64,000 bases of DNA from Vicugna vicugna. Lineage: Eukaryota. The notes below the pieces were generated by a model. The model was given only the letters and a program-made list of their open reading frames with translations, made no database searches and was not told the DNA's origin. Position 1 is the first letter of the stretch. The number at the start of each line of letters is the position of its first letter. The DNA lies in assembly GCA_013265495.1 (NCBI GenBank), contig MU058533.1:62001-126000 (forward strand), given 5' to 3'. Shown here one piece after another: positions 41,936 through 54,259 of this stretch. The translations under genes and the position numbers were made by a program.

Positions 41936-44159
41936 CCAGCTTAGTGGCCTGGAGTGCTCTTCTTAGCATTTCTCTGCCTCATTCTTCCGAACTGTAAAAG
42001 GAGGGCAGTTATCCTCCTCCCCTCTTAGTGTGGTCCCAAGGCTCCAATTGGAAAGTGGACTCTCTTCAGGAATATGTTGCATAAATGTGTGTTATTATTA
42101 TTTCTCCTCCCTCCCTCAAATCCCCTAAAGCCATTGCCTCTGCTGGAGGCAGACCACACTTTCCTGCCAGACCAACTCCTATTCATCCTTCAAAGCCCAG
42201 CTGCAGCAGCCCCTCCTCCAGAAGTTTTTCTATGATCCTTTCCCATGCTTTACCCAAGTTCCCAAGCTAGGCTCTCCTAGTGGCCCAGTCATGACCATAT
42301 GGCGCTGAGAGTATCTGGTTGCAATTGCCCCGTGTGGGGACAACAGAACCCAGAGCTGGGAACTTCTTTTGGGGGCCTCAGAGTCTCCCAACATGAGGTG
42401 GGCACAGACTATTGGTGCCATTTGAATAGCTGCTGACCAACTGAGTCTGTGAACAAATCAGTTTTAATGCTGATTATCTGGAGAAGGAGTCCAGAATTGG
42501 ACTTTGGGGGAATCATTAAATCCCTTAAAAGCATGTGCCAAATTATTAGTTCACTTTTTCAAGGGAGAATGGGAGCTACAGATTCCACCAGATTTTGGGG
42601 GGGGAAAGGAGGTGGGGGAAGGAGGTGAAGGACTTTGTTTAACAAATTGGAAGCCCACAGAGGGCCAGTGACTTGCCCAAGATCACACAGCCTGGTGGTG
42701 GAAACAGAGCCAGAATTTTAATTTCTATGGCCCATCTGAGAGGATTTCTGGGACTTGGATGCCAGGCATGAAAAAAGCCTTCATCTTCATGGTCCAATCT
42801 AGGAGGAAAGAAAATTCATATTTATAATAAGAAGCCCAGTAGCCATTCAGTTGACAAATATTCATTAAACATTTGAATGCTGCATGCCAAGCACTGGTCT
42901 CAGTCCTGGGGATGCAGCACTGAGAAGGACAAGTCCCTGCCCTCCTGGAGTTTCCATCCAGTCAAAGAGGCAGCAGTAAATAAACAAACGAATAAGACAA
43001 TGTCTGGTAAGGACCTTAGTAAATAGGATGAGCTCACAGGGAAGGGCTGGGAACCTAATTTAGGGAAGGTGGTCAGAGCTAGGCCTCTGGGAGGAAGTGA
43101 TGTTTGAGTGATCCCTGTATGATAGGAAGACGTGAATAGGAGCATTCCAGGCAAAGTGAACAGCAAGTGCAAAGGCTCTTGGGCTGAATGAGGGTGGCAT
43201 CCTCAAGGAGCAAGAGGCCAGTGGGCTGGAGTGGGGAACCCAGTAGGAGAGGAGATCAGAGTTGGGGGAAGAAGCCAATTGTTAAGATTCTAGTGTGTGC
43301 AAGGCAGAAATGAGAGGGAAGGTGGATGGGTGCCTCAGGGCAGAGGGACCAGCAGGGGCCAATGCTGAGAGGCAAGGAAGTGCCTGACCCACCCCTGTTT
43401 GGGGCACCGGAAGTCACCCTGCCTCCTGCTGTGCTGATATTAACTGTAGAACAGAAAGAGGGAGTGAGCAGTTTGGGGCAAAGGTGACCTCCGCCAGGGA
43501 ACTAGTTGTTGTCCATGCCACAGGCCACCTCAGGCTGATTCAGCAAGATTCTGTGTTGTCAAAGGTCAGTTCCCCAAAGAACAAAGCCATACAGCAGCAA
43601 ACCCCTCCCCCCACCACCACCAGAGCACCTGCCTTAGGGATCTCACCTTCCTAGCTTCCAGAGGGGTTAAGCTTCAGGAAACAAAAATGCTTGTAGCGTG
43701 GATCTAGCCACCCATTGCTATGTGACTTTTGGTAAGTTACTTCATCCCTTTGCACCTGGATGGACTACTTTTTGGTTTGATGCATCTGTAAATCAAAGGC
43801 TTAATACAGGCTCTGTCCTCTGCCTACATTACCACATTCATTCTCCACATTAAAGCAGGGACTCAGATTATAGAGAGATGGAGCTTCCAAGTATAACTTG
43901 CCCAATGGGATTTAAACCCAGATCTGTCAGATTCCAGGGGTGCTGAGGCTATGGGGGCCCCATCCTAAGACCCTCCTTAGCAAATGTCTGGCACTCAGTG
44001 GTCACTAAGCAGATAGGAGTTATTCTAATGGTCATTAGCCTCAGGATGGTGTGGCACCAGCTCTCCCAATCTCAGTTTCCTTGGCTGCAAAATGGGGACT
44101 TAGAATTCTCTCTTCACTGGCTTTGGGAGGCATCAGAGACATACAGTGTGTGAAAATAA

Positions 44160-44760
44160 ATTGTAGGGTTTGGCAGTTCCTCAAAAAGTTAAACATAGAG
44201 TTAACCTCGTGACCCAGCAATTCCACTCCTAGACATAGACCCAAAAGAATTGAAAATTGTACTCAAGCCAATACATGTACATGTGTGTTCATGACAGCAC
44301 TATTCACAGTAACCCAAATGCCCATCAAATGATGATTGGATAAACAGAATGTCAAATATCTACAGAATGGAATATTATTCACCCATTAAAAGGAATGAAG
44401 CCCTGACACATGCTACAGCGTGGATGAACCGCAAAAACAATATGCTGAGTGAAAGGAGCCAGACACAGAAGGTCACATGATGTATGATTCCATTTATATG
44501 AAATGTCCATAATAGGTAATTCTTAGAGACAGGAAGCAGATTGGTGGTTGCCAGAAGCTGGTAGGGGCAGAGAAAACACAGAGTGATTACTTAATTGATA
44601 TGAGGTTTCCATCTTGGGTGATGAAAATGTTTTGGAACTAGATAGAGGTGACGGTTGCACAACACCATGAATGTACTAAATGCTACCAAATTGTTTGCTT
44701 TAAAATGATTTTACGGTACATGATTTTTACCTCAATCATAAATACATAACAAATAAATAA
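44160..44760 (+). mobile_element. L1MB-like 3' region
   Basis: tttggcagttcctcaaaaagttaaacatagag... Confidence 0.8.
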
Positions 44761-44869
44761 GTGGTGGGAAGCAAGTTGATGTGATTTCATATCACCCATT
44801 CCTTTGACACAGTCATGAGATAGATAACATGATTATTCCCATTTTAGAGATGGAAAAATCAAGGCACAG

Positions 44870-45312
44870 CATTTGCAGCAACATGGATGGACCTGGAGAT
44901 TGTCATACTAAGTGAAGTAAACCATAAAGAGGAAGAAAATTACCATATGATATCATTTACATGTGGAATCTAAAAAAATGAGACAAATGAACTTATTTAA
45001 AAAACAGAAACAGACTCACAGATATAGAAGACAAACTTGTGGTTACCAGGGGGGGAAGTGGGGGTGGAGGGATAATTTGGGAGTTTGGGATTTGCAGATA
45101 CTAATTACTATATATAAACTAGATACACAGAAAGTCCCACTATACAGCACAGGGGACTATTTTTTTTCAATACCTTGTAATAGCCTATAATGAAAAAGAA
45201 TGTGAAAAGGAATATATATATATATATATATATATAGCTGAATCACTATGCTGTGCACCAGAAATTAAAACAACATTATAAACCAACTATATGTCAATTA
45301 AAAAGAATTTTT
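44870..45312 (+). mobile_element. L1 3' end inserted into a MIR-like element
   Basis: catttgcagcaacatggatggacctggag...; flanking direct repeat aatcaa(g/a)gcacag. Confidence 0.85.
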
Positions 45313-46203
45313 TAATCAAAGCACAGAGAGAAGAGATGCTCTACCCAGGGAGGGGAAAGCTTGAATTGGACCTGGGGTTCTCTGACCTCAAGCAGATTTC
45401 AAGCCTCTGCCTGGGAGCCATGCAGGTGATGGACACCCACAGTGAGGTCACCACCTTTGGAGCACAGGTGGCTCAACAGGAGGGCAGACAAGAACCCAGG
45501 AGAGTGGCCAGCTTGACCTGGTTCTTTTCCTCTGGCCAAAGAGAACCCAGCCAGGGAGGCTCAGAGCTAAGGGGCTTTCCTTTGTTCAGGCAGAAAACCT
45601 TCTGTTATTGTCACCTCTCTGTGCCCAATCCTGTACTGAATGCCCCAAGAAGACTCAGCCCTGGAGCCAGCACTCCCAGAAGCTCCCAATCTGAAGAGTA
45701 TGGAGTTTGACACAGACACTTCCAACCTCTCGGTGTCAGGTTGGAGCTGAGAAAGGCAAGAGGAGAAAGCTTGAGTAGAAGTGAAATCTTCCTGGATTTG
45801 GAGGATGGGTTTTGACGTATGTATAGGAGTCCATCGGGTTAAATGAAAAAGCTTGTATTTTACATGCTCATATACTTTAGTGGTGGGAATGCAAAGTGAT
45901 AGGAGCCCTGAGGAGGAGAAATTAGTAATATCTGGCAAAATATATGCATTTATCCACTTAGAGGGGATATATCCCAATGGTTTTTTTGCAAAAATAAGAA
46001 AAGATGAATGAACAAGGCTTTTCATAGCAGCACCATTTAAAATGTCAAGAGATTGGACATAACCCATTTGTCCATCAGTAGGGAATGGTTGAACAAACCG
46101 TGGCACCACTACATGATGGAGTACTATGTAGCTGTAAAAAGGAATGGGAAAGAATTCTGTGTACCAGGATGGAAAGATCTCCAGGAAACAGTGTTAAATG
46201 GAA

Positions 46204-46206
46204 TAT

Positions 46207-46257
<51 letters not shown>
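46204..46257. repeat. (TA)n microsatellite
   Basis: Seen directly in the sequence. Confidence 0.95.
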
Positions 46258-46262
<5 letters not shown>

Positions 46263-48025
46263 TCATGTAAAATACACCATAAAAAATGTACGTTCTTATT
46301 TGAGGTGGAAGGAAAAAAAGCATGATGGAGGTACAGGAATAGAAGCTAGATGTCTCTATTTATACCTTATTTTATAGATTTGATTTTGGAACCGTTTAAG
46401 TATCTTACATAATTCTAAAGTGATATTAAATTGAAAAAATAATTCCCTCACTTCACAGGCATTAGGATAGCTATCATTAAAAAAGAAAATACTAAGTGTT
46501 AATGAGGATGTGGAGAACTTGGAGCCCTGTGCACTGTTGGTGGGAATGTAAAATGGTGCAGCCACTGTGGAAAACAGTATGGAGGCTCCTCAAAAAAGTA
46601 CACCCACGATTACCACATGATTCTGTAATTCTATTTCTGGATATATTCCCAAAAGAAGTAAAAGCAGGAACTTAAATAGATGTTTGTACACACATGTTCA
46701 TAGCAGAACAATTCATAATCGTCGTGAGTGAAAACATCCCAAATGTCCATCAGCAGATGAGTGGATAAGCAGAATGTGGTATAGTCATACAATGGATTGT
46801 CATTCAGCCCTGAAAAAGAAGGAAACTGGTTTATGTTACAAGAGGGATAAACCTCAGACATGTGCTAAGTGAAATAAGCTGGTTACAAAAGACAAATCTT
46901 ATATGATCCCACTTACATGAGGTCCCCACAGTAGTCAAATTCATAGAGAAAGGAAATGCAATGGTGGTTGTCGGGGGCTGGGGGTGGTGGGTGGAGAGTT
47001 AGTGTTTATTCAGGACAGAATTTCAGTTGAGGAAGATGAAAAAGTTCTAGAGATGGATGGTGGTGATGGTTGTACCGGAATGCGGATGTGCTTAACGCCA
47101 CTGAACTGGACAATGGTACTCATTGGAATGACCCAGTTAGCTTAAGTTGCACTTATCATAATACAAGATTTCAGAGATATTTTTAAGTGGGGGGGTGGAA
47201 AAATGAGGCCAATTTTGCAATAATAATGGCAATAATAGTAACAGGTTAATAATAATAATTACAAAAATATAAACCCAGTTATTTGAGATGTTTTCTAATC
47301 ACATATTGTTTCTCATTGCACGATTAAAATGAATAATCTTACCACAAGGTGTTGTTGCTTTTAAAAAGAAAATCAACTTTCCATCACCCCCCAAAAAATT
47401 CCCTAAAAATCAAATGCTCCAGGTTAGGGATATAACTGTACAAAGTGAAATTATCTCAAGCGACATTTTGGGACAGTAATTTGATGACACATTCCCAATG
47501 GGATATACCCAAAGGACAAAAGAAAAAAAAAACAAAAAAACTTAAACTTTTTTCAGTAATCATATTGTTTAAAATACTGTTTTATGTTTTTTCTGAGACT
47601 GACGTGTGCGTATTGTGGAACAAAGGAAATGTCAGTGTCACTGAGAATTTGAATTTTCCTTGCTGGGGAAAAGATTTATAGGTATAAGATTTATCAGGCT
47701 AAGTAAAAGTCATGTAATCCCAAATATGAATTGGAAGTATCAGTATAAATCCATGATGTATTTTACTTTAAAACAAAATAGTGGGGATTTCCTATTTCTA
47801 TCCAATGAAAAGACCTAGAGATAACAATTAACCCACTAGCCATGATCACCCTTGATTGTGGTCTGTTAAGGACCACTTTTCGATCAAAAGGAACAAGGGC
47901 CACTTGGAGAAATGGCCCCAGGCTTGCGCAAGGAAATGCACAAGATGTCCCTGGGACTATCTTGTTACACAGTAAAGCAAGAAAGCTACCTAAGAGCCCA
48001 GTCAAAAAAAAAAAAAAAAAACTCA

Positions 48026-48230
48026 GGGGTTAGGGAGCGATACAGCGACTGCTTAGCATGCACGAGATCCTGGGTTCAATCCCCAGTACCTCCATTAAAC
48101 AAACAAACAACAAATAAACAAAACTAATTACCCTCCCAAAAAATAAAATAAATGTTCTAAAATTGTTTAAATAAGTAAATAAGGAAACCTAGTTACCTTC
48201 CCCCAAAAAATGTAATAAAGTTTAAAAAAA
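48026..48230 (+). mobile_element. Vic-1-like SINE, degenerate head, double tail
   Basis: gcttagcatgcacgagatcctgggttcaatccccagtacctccatt plus two tail units. Confidence 0.85.
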
Positions 48231-49644
48231 ATCTCAGGAGTCAAAGAGGCTCCCACTGGCCAAAGAAGGAATAATAATTTGATTATCATTAATAATAAAA
48301 ACTACAGTATATGCAACCATATTTGACACATTTCAATAATTTAAATCCGTAGGTTCATAAATATACAGGGAAAATCTCATTATTTACCTTTGGAGGATGG
48401 GAGGAGCCTAGTAATTATTTTGAAAACTAAGAAAGGCAAAGAATCCAGCATTTATTTTGCCTTTTTCATGTGGATGGTACCACTGGATAACCAAATGGTA
48501 GATAAGAGGATGTTTTTCTTTCCAACAGTATCCTGGCTAATAAATGAAGAAGGAATCATATCAATATCACTCTGTTGTAGCTGCTAATGAATTAATGGAT
48601 CTAGGCAATGATCATCAAAGGCAGATAACATGTGGGTGGAAGTTATAAAAGAATTAAGATGGCTCATGAGTTGACATGTGTCAACTGGATGATAGATATT
48701 CATGGGGGTTCATTATACAATGCCCTCTACTTTTACTGTTTGAAATTTTCTGTTTAGAAAAAAAGAATGTTAAGAGCCCTTTGCCCTGTGTCATTCTCTC
48801 AAAGCAGGGTACTGAGAGCTAGGAGCCCACAGCGCTCTGTAAATATTTCCCAGGAAGTGCCAACATCTGGTCTCATTTACCTCCCACTCATTCTTGGCCT
48901 CTAGCATACCACCGAGGGCTGAGCTCGCAATTTCACTACAATATCCAGTGTCCTCAGTTACAAAACTCCCTCCTCTCCAGTTCCAGGTGTTGAGAGATTA
49001 AATCTCACCTCTCTTCTCTCAGCAAGTTGCAACTGAAGTCAACTTCTGCCTGCTGAGGGTAGAAATAGCACCAGCTGGAGGCTGTGAGGTCGATTGCTCA
49101 CACCAGGAGTTGACTTTCCCTTTGGCGAAAGAGGTCCAACCAATTTTGGGGGCTGGCCTATTCCAGATTTAATGATTTGGCTGTGATTTCAGACTGTCTT
49201 GAAGCCCAGCCCTAAGGCCCCCCTGATTGCTGAGGGGCCGGGGCCAATAGGGAAGCCTTAGCTTGGAGGAGTGCCCCAGATACAAAAATAATACATGACT
49301 GTGAGTCTGGACTCATCCAGGATGTGGCAGTCTGTCCATTATGGATTATCCTGTGGGCTGAACCTCTGCTGGCGAAGCTGGGTAAGGTGTGCAGATCAGC
49401 AGAAATCTCTCTGCTCACTGAATGCTCTCCACATGCTGGCCTGGTCCTAAGCACTCTGTACATATCTCCTTGTTTAACTCATAATAATGAGGTTGTTACT
49501 ATTCTCCCATTTTAGAGATGTGCAAAATGAGGGCTAGAGATTAAGCCACTTTATCTAGTTAGTAAGCAACAGAGTAAGAATATGAATCCAGGTGGGCTGG
49601 TTCAGCAGGGGTCAGCAAACTCTATTAAAAGGCCACATGAATCC

Positions 49645-50420
49645 AAATGAAAGGAAATCAATACCCCAAAATTTATCCACACCCCATGTTTATTGCAGCA
49701 TTATTTACTGTAGCCAAGACAGGGAAACAACCTAAGTACCGCTCAATGGATAAAGAACATGTGAAATATATATACATATACAATACACATACTATATATA
49801 TTATACAATACATATATAATACATGTATATACAATATATGTGCATATATTATATATGTGTATATAATATATATATCAAATATGTGTACATATGCACAATA
49901 AACATATATAAATATATATACACAATTCGGTCATAAAAAATAAGGAAGTCTTGCCATTTGCAACAACATGAATGGAAGTTGAGGGCATTATGCTAAGTAA
50001 AGTAGGTCAGAGAGAGAAAGACAAATACTGTAATGTCTCGCTGATATGTGGCATCTAAAAAGAAAAAAATGAATTCATAGAAACAGAGAGTAGAATGGTA
50101 GTTGCCAAAGGCTAGAGGTGGGGGAAATGGGTAGATACTTGTCAAAGGGTACAGACTTCTAGTTATAAGATAAGTAAGTTCTAAGAATCTGCTGTGCAGC
50201 ATGGTGACTGTAGTCAGCAGTTCTGTATACTTGAAAGTTGCTGAGAGATCTTAAGAGTTCTTATCACTCACAAGAAAAGGTAACTATGTGAGGTGAAGTG
50301 ATGGATGTGTTAACTAACCTTACTGTGGTAATCATTTTGCAACATATACATGTATCAAATCATCACATGACACACTTTAAACTTACACAATGTGGTAAGT
50401 CAATTATATCTCCATAAACC
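49645..50420 (+). mobile_element. L1MA-like 3' region splitting a MER58-like hAT element (49605-49640 and 50430-50575)
   Basis: L1 3' UTR motifs; flanks caggggtcagcaaact...aaggcca and gtaaatattt...ctcaactctgccatt...ttccaataaa. Confidence 0.75.
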
Positions 50421-50579
50421 TGGGGGTGGAGGACCACACAGTAAATATTTTCAACATTGCAGCACAGATGGTCTCCACCACAATGACTCAACTCTGCCAT
50501 TATAGAATGAAAACACTCAGACAATATGTAACAAGTGAGAGAAGATGTATTCCAATAAACCTTCATTTTACATAGACAA

Positions 50580-51160
50580 ATTGTGCTACAACCATCCAAT
50601 GGAATAGTATTTAGCCATAAAAAGGAATGGTTCATAATAAAAAGCAACTGACCCGGCAAGGAGTGGGTAGAGCTCAGTGGCAGAGTGCATGCTTAGCATG
50701 TACGAGGTCCTAGGTTCAATCCCCAGTACCTCCATTAAATAAATAAATCAAATGAAAACAAATAAATCTAATTACCTCCTCCTACAAAAACAGTTTTTTA
50801 AAAATTTTTTAAAAGTACCTGACTCATGTTACAATGTGGGTGAACCTTAAAAACACTATGCTCAATGAGAAACAAAAGCTGAACACAAAAAGTCACATAT
50901 TGTATGATTCCATTTATATGAAATATCCAGAATAGGTAAATCCACAAAGACAGATTGGCGACTGTCAAGGGCTATTAGATGATGGGAAGTGACTGCTAAA
51001 TGGGTACAGGGTTTTATATTGGGGTGATGAAAATTTTGGAACTAGATTAGATATAGGTGACAGTTGTACGACATCGTAAATATACTAAATGCCACAGAAT
51101 CATGCACTTTTAAATGGGTCATTTTATATTAGATGAATTTCACCTTGGAAAAAAATTTTT
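50580..51160 (+). mobile_element. L1MB-like 3' region with nested SINE
   Basis: cacatattgtatgattccatttatatgaaatatccagaatagg. Confidence 0.8.
50659..50812 (+). mobile_element. Vic-1-like SINE nested in L1
   Basis: gagctcagtggcagagtgcatgcttagcatg...; degenerate TSD aaaagcaactgac / aaaagtacctgac. Confidence 0.9.
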
Positions 51161-51194
51161 TAAACATTGTTTACAGAAACAGGGGCACTGTGGT

Positions 51195-51331
51195 TTAGTT
51201 TGTGGGGGAGGGAGGTAATTAGCTTTATTTATTTATTAACTTTTATTTTTTTAACCGAGATACTGGGGATTGAACCTAGGACCTTGTGCACGCTAAGCTT
51301 GCGCTCTACTGCTGAGCTATATCCTCCCCCC
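51195..51331 (-). mobile_element. Vic-1-like SINE
   Basis: gggaggtaattag...tactggggattgaacctaggaccttgtgcacgctaagc...ctgagctata. Confidence 0.88.
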
Positions 51332-53929
51332 ACCCCAACTCCTGCTTTAGAATATCTCTTAAGTAAACCCAGAGCTGAATAAAAAAAAATATGAACATAT
51401 ATAATCTTATCTCAGAACCCCGCCCACAAAAGTTTTTATTATTATTATCAGGGTCCTCATTATTATCATTACTGTTACCAAAGTGAATGTTATTAACTCT
51501 GATCTGGGCCCCCAGTCCAGGCCTGCCCCAAGTTCCTTTTCCTCTGGCCTCTGGCTTTGATCCCAGCCTCACTTCTGATCCAGAGCCTAGGGCTTTGACT
51601 GTCTGTGTCCATACTACCTCCATTAGAGATGTTCCCAGGCCCTGGGTACTCTCATAAGACCCCTGATCTGTCTGCAGCCTGGAGAGACCTTGACCAACCC
51701 TGGCAGGTGGGCCTCATGAGGTGGGAAGGAAGCAGGAGTGGTGGATGACTCATCATGGCAATCCCAGCCTCTGTGCTGCCTCTCCCAGGCCCAGCCCAGA
51801 CCAGGTGCCTTGATGTGTGGGTACCTGCATGTGTGTGTTTCAGAGCCTGACCTCAAGCTGACCCCACATTCTTAATCAGATCTTTTGTGCACTCAGCAGT
51901 CCCTCCCTGCTACCCACCTAGTCCCTGGACTATGGGGGGCATTTCTGGGCACCCCAAGGGAATTCAGTATCTCTTACTCTGGGGGAGATGGAACCAGAGA
52001 AAATGGAGGCCTTATATAGATAGATCTGGTTCAAAGGGAGGAATCCCGAGCTAGGGAGCCAGGATAGGGAAAGTGGGGAGCCATGGGGGTAATCAGGGAG
52101 GCTTCCTGGAGGAAAGGTCCTACCCTAGAAGACCCCCAAATCCCAGATAGACCTTACGGGAAATGCTGACTGGCCCTAACATGTCGTTGGCTCCAACACA
52201 ACCCACCTCCTACCACCAAATTCAAGCTTTAAAAGGCTATCAAGGCATCTGGCTGGCCCAAGAATTACTGGGTGTGTAGCTGCTTTGTAGTCGGTCCACA
52301 AACTTTTCCCCAATGTGAAGGGTCATAATTACTCTGACACTGACCTAGTGACAGGAGGGTGAAAACATGCACTGGGCTGGCAGCCCTCTCCAGATTCTAG
52401 CTATATGATCTTAAGCAAGTTACTTAACCTCTCTGAGCTCACCCTCCTGCAGCATAGAATGGGCATAAATGGGTTATTAAATAAAACTGCAAGGGTCCCC
52501 CACATCCACAATCAGTGGGAGAATCTGAGGGAAAAATCCAGGGTCCATGATGCTATATCAAGGTCATTCCCAGATCAAGTGGACATTAGACGGGGGATCT
52601 CACGTGACAGTCACCCCACCCTATCCTGGGGGCTCCCCTCTGGTGGATGCCAGGCCTGGACAAAGATCAAGCAAGTGAGGCACAAAGATAGGATCAGAAT
52701 TCCTGATTTTTCCTTCTACCTCTGGCTCCAAAGTGTCTCAGCAAGCACTGTCGCTGATCCTATCTTTACTAAAATGCTAAAATTTTGTTCAACCTGAATT
52801 TTTTTCTATTTTTTGAGGGTTAGCACTTTTTAACAAGCACATATTTTTGTATGTGTTTTAGTCTTTAAAACATTGCATTAAAATATGATTTATCTTGATG
52901 ACTGAGATTTTCAGCACTGCCTTAAATTTTATGCCCTCACTTTCCTCACTTCATTCCTTCCCCGGGTGAGCAGAACGCACAGCCCACATCCTCCACGTGG
53001 TTCTTCCAGGCAGAGCTCCCGTCCCCATATCCTCAGAAACTGGAGATTTCCTCGGAATCTCCTGGGGAGTAGCCTCTATTCGCTCCCTCCCTCAGCACCC
53101 GACCCCCTGAGCCCCCAGGTGTGCCCAGATCTTTGCTGGGCTATGCTGGGTGCCCAGAAAGAAAACAATCAATAACTGAGCAGGGTCCCTGGGGAATCCC
53201 AGGCCTGGCTCAGCCTGGGCATTCCCAGGCCCTCCCAGGGCCCGCCCTGTGTTGAATGCCCCATCTGGTGGGTCTCCTGGAAACTCCCCGGGCGAGTTTC
53301 GAGATGGGAGGCCCACAGCGAAGCAATTTACACGGCAACACCAGCCACGTTGAGCCCATCCCACCTGACACTGGATAAAGGGGAGGAGGGCTCTCTTCAG
53401 CAAGACTTGGCCACGGACACCAGAGGAAGAGGGAGGACCCCCCCCCCCGCACTGCCAAGCCAGGTGAGCCTAGAAGTCAGTGCTGGGGGCAAAGCCCACG
53501 TCCCGAATGCCCCGGCCCAATCCCTGCTCTCAGCTACCTCTGGTGGCTGGGGATCCGGAGCTGGAACGGAATGAGAGGTGACACTTCCAGGTCCCCCTAT
53601 GCTCAGAGCAGACTTCAGCAAAAACAACTCTCGGTCTTGGTCTCTGCAACTTTCCCCTCCCTGAGGCTGACGTGCTGGCAGCAAAGAAGGCAGGAGGCAG
53701 AGCCGACTTCAGGCCTCTCCTCTTTCCACTCCCAACACAGCTAGTCTTACCAGTTGGGCAGGCAACTGAGAGTCCCCCCTGGTGGCCAGCAGCAGCTGCA
53801 CAACTATCACTGTAGGGAAGGGGTAGGACTTGCCGGATTGGCCTCAGTCTACTTCTCTTGGGGAGTAGACAGAGTTTGCTAGAGTCTGAACTACCTGGTT
53901 TTCAGGCCACCCTTAGAATGGGCTTGGCT

Positions 53930-54195
53930 TACTGACCCTTGACCTCAGCCTGGGAGGGACGGGATAGGATGGGGGAGCCCCTGAGACCCAGATGACATTG
54001 AGCCAGGGCACTCTGTACCCACACCCCCACTGCTTCCTGTCCACAAGCCGGCCAAGGGGCAGCCGTGTCACTCACTGCTGGACTTTGACAGTAGCCAAAG
54101 GCACTACTCAGTTCTCCATGCCTGTCTCCTTCAAGCTCTGCCGAGGTCTCCGCTGAGGTCAACTGGATATGTCCCCTGGACACTGGAAGTCCACA
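53930..54195 (+). promoter_or_regulatory. PGLYRP2: PGLYRP2 proximal promoter / 5' UTR with DR1 and HNF4-type motifs
   Basis: TGACCCTTGACCT (DR1) at 53933-53945; TGGACTTTG (HNF4 motif CAAAGTCCA, reverse) at 54079-54087. Confidence 0.55.
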
Positions 54196-54259
54196 ATGGT
54201 GGTCCAGGGTATCCTCTGGATCCTGTACGGAGTGCTGCTGCAGCCGGAGCCAGGGACAG
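54196..54259 (+). CDS. PGLYRP2: PGLYRP2 exon 1, coding part (signal peptide)
   Basis: Strong Kozak context ACAATGG; MVVQGILWILYGVLLQPEPGT; donor G|gtgggt. Confidence 0.88.

Larger units (their letters stand above)
45880..48770 (+). mobile_element. Cluster of old L1M fragments (L1MB/MC/ME-like) with a (TA)n tract and a nested SINE
   Basis: L1M motifs across an AT-rich block; boundaries approximate. Confidence 0.65.

Noticed and set aside
52275..52328. CSC...PQCEGS motif resembling a CDGSH iron-sulfur motif
   Set aside because: Wrong spacing, a stop in place of the His and no supporting ORF; most likely chance.
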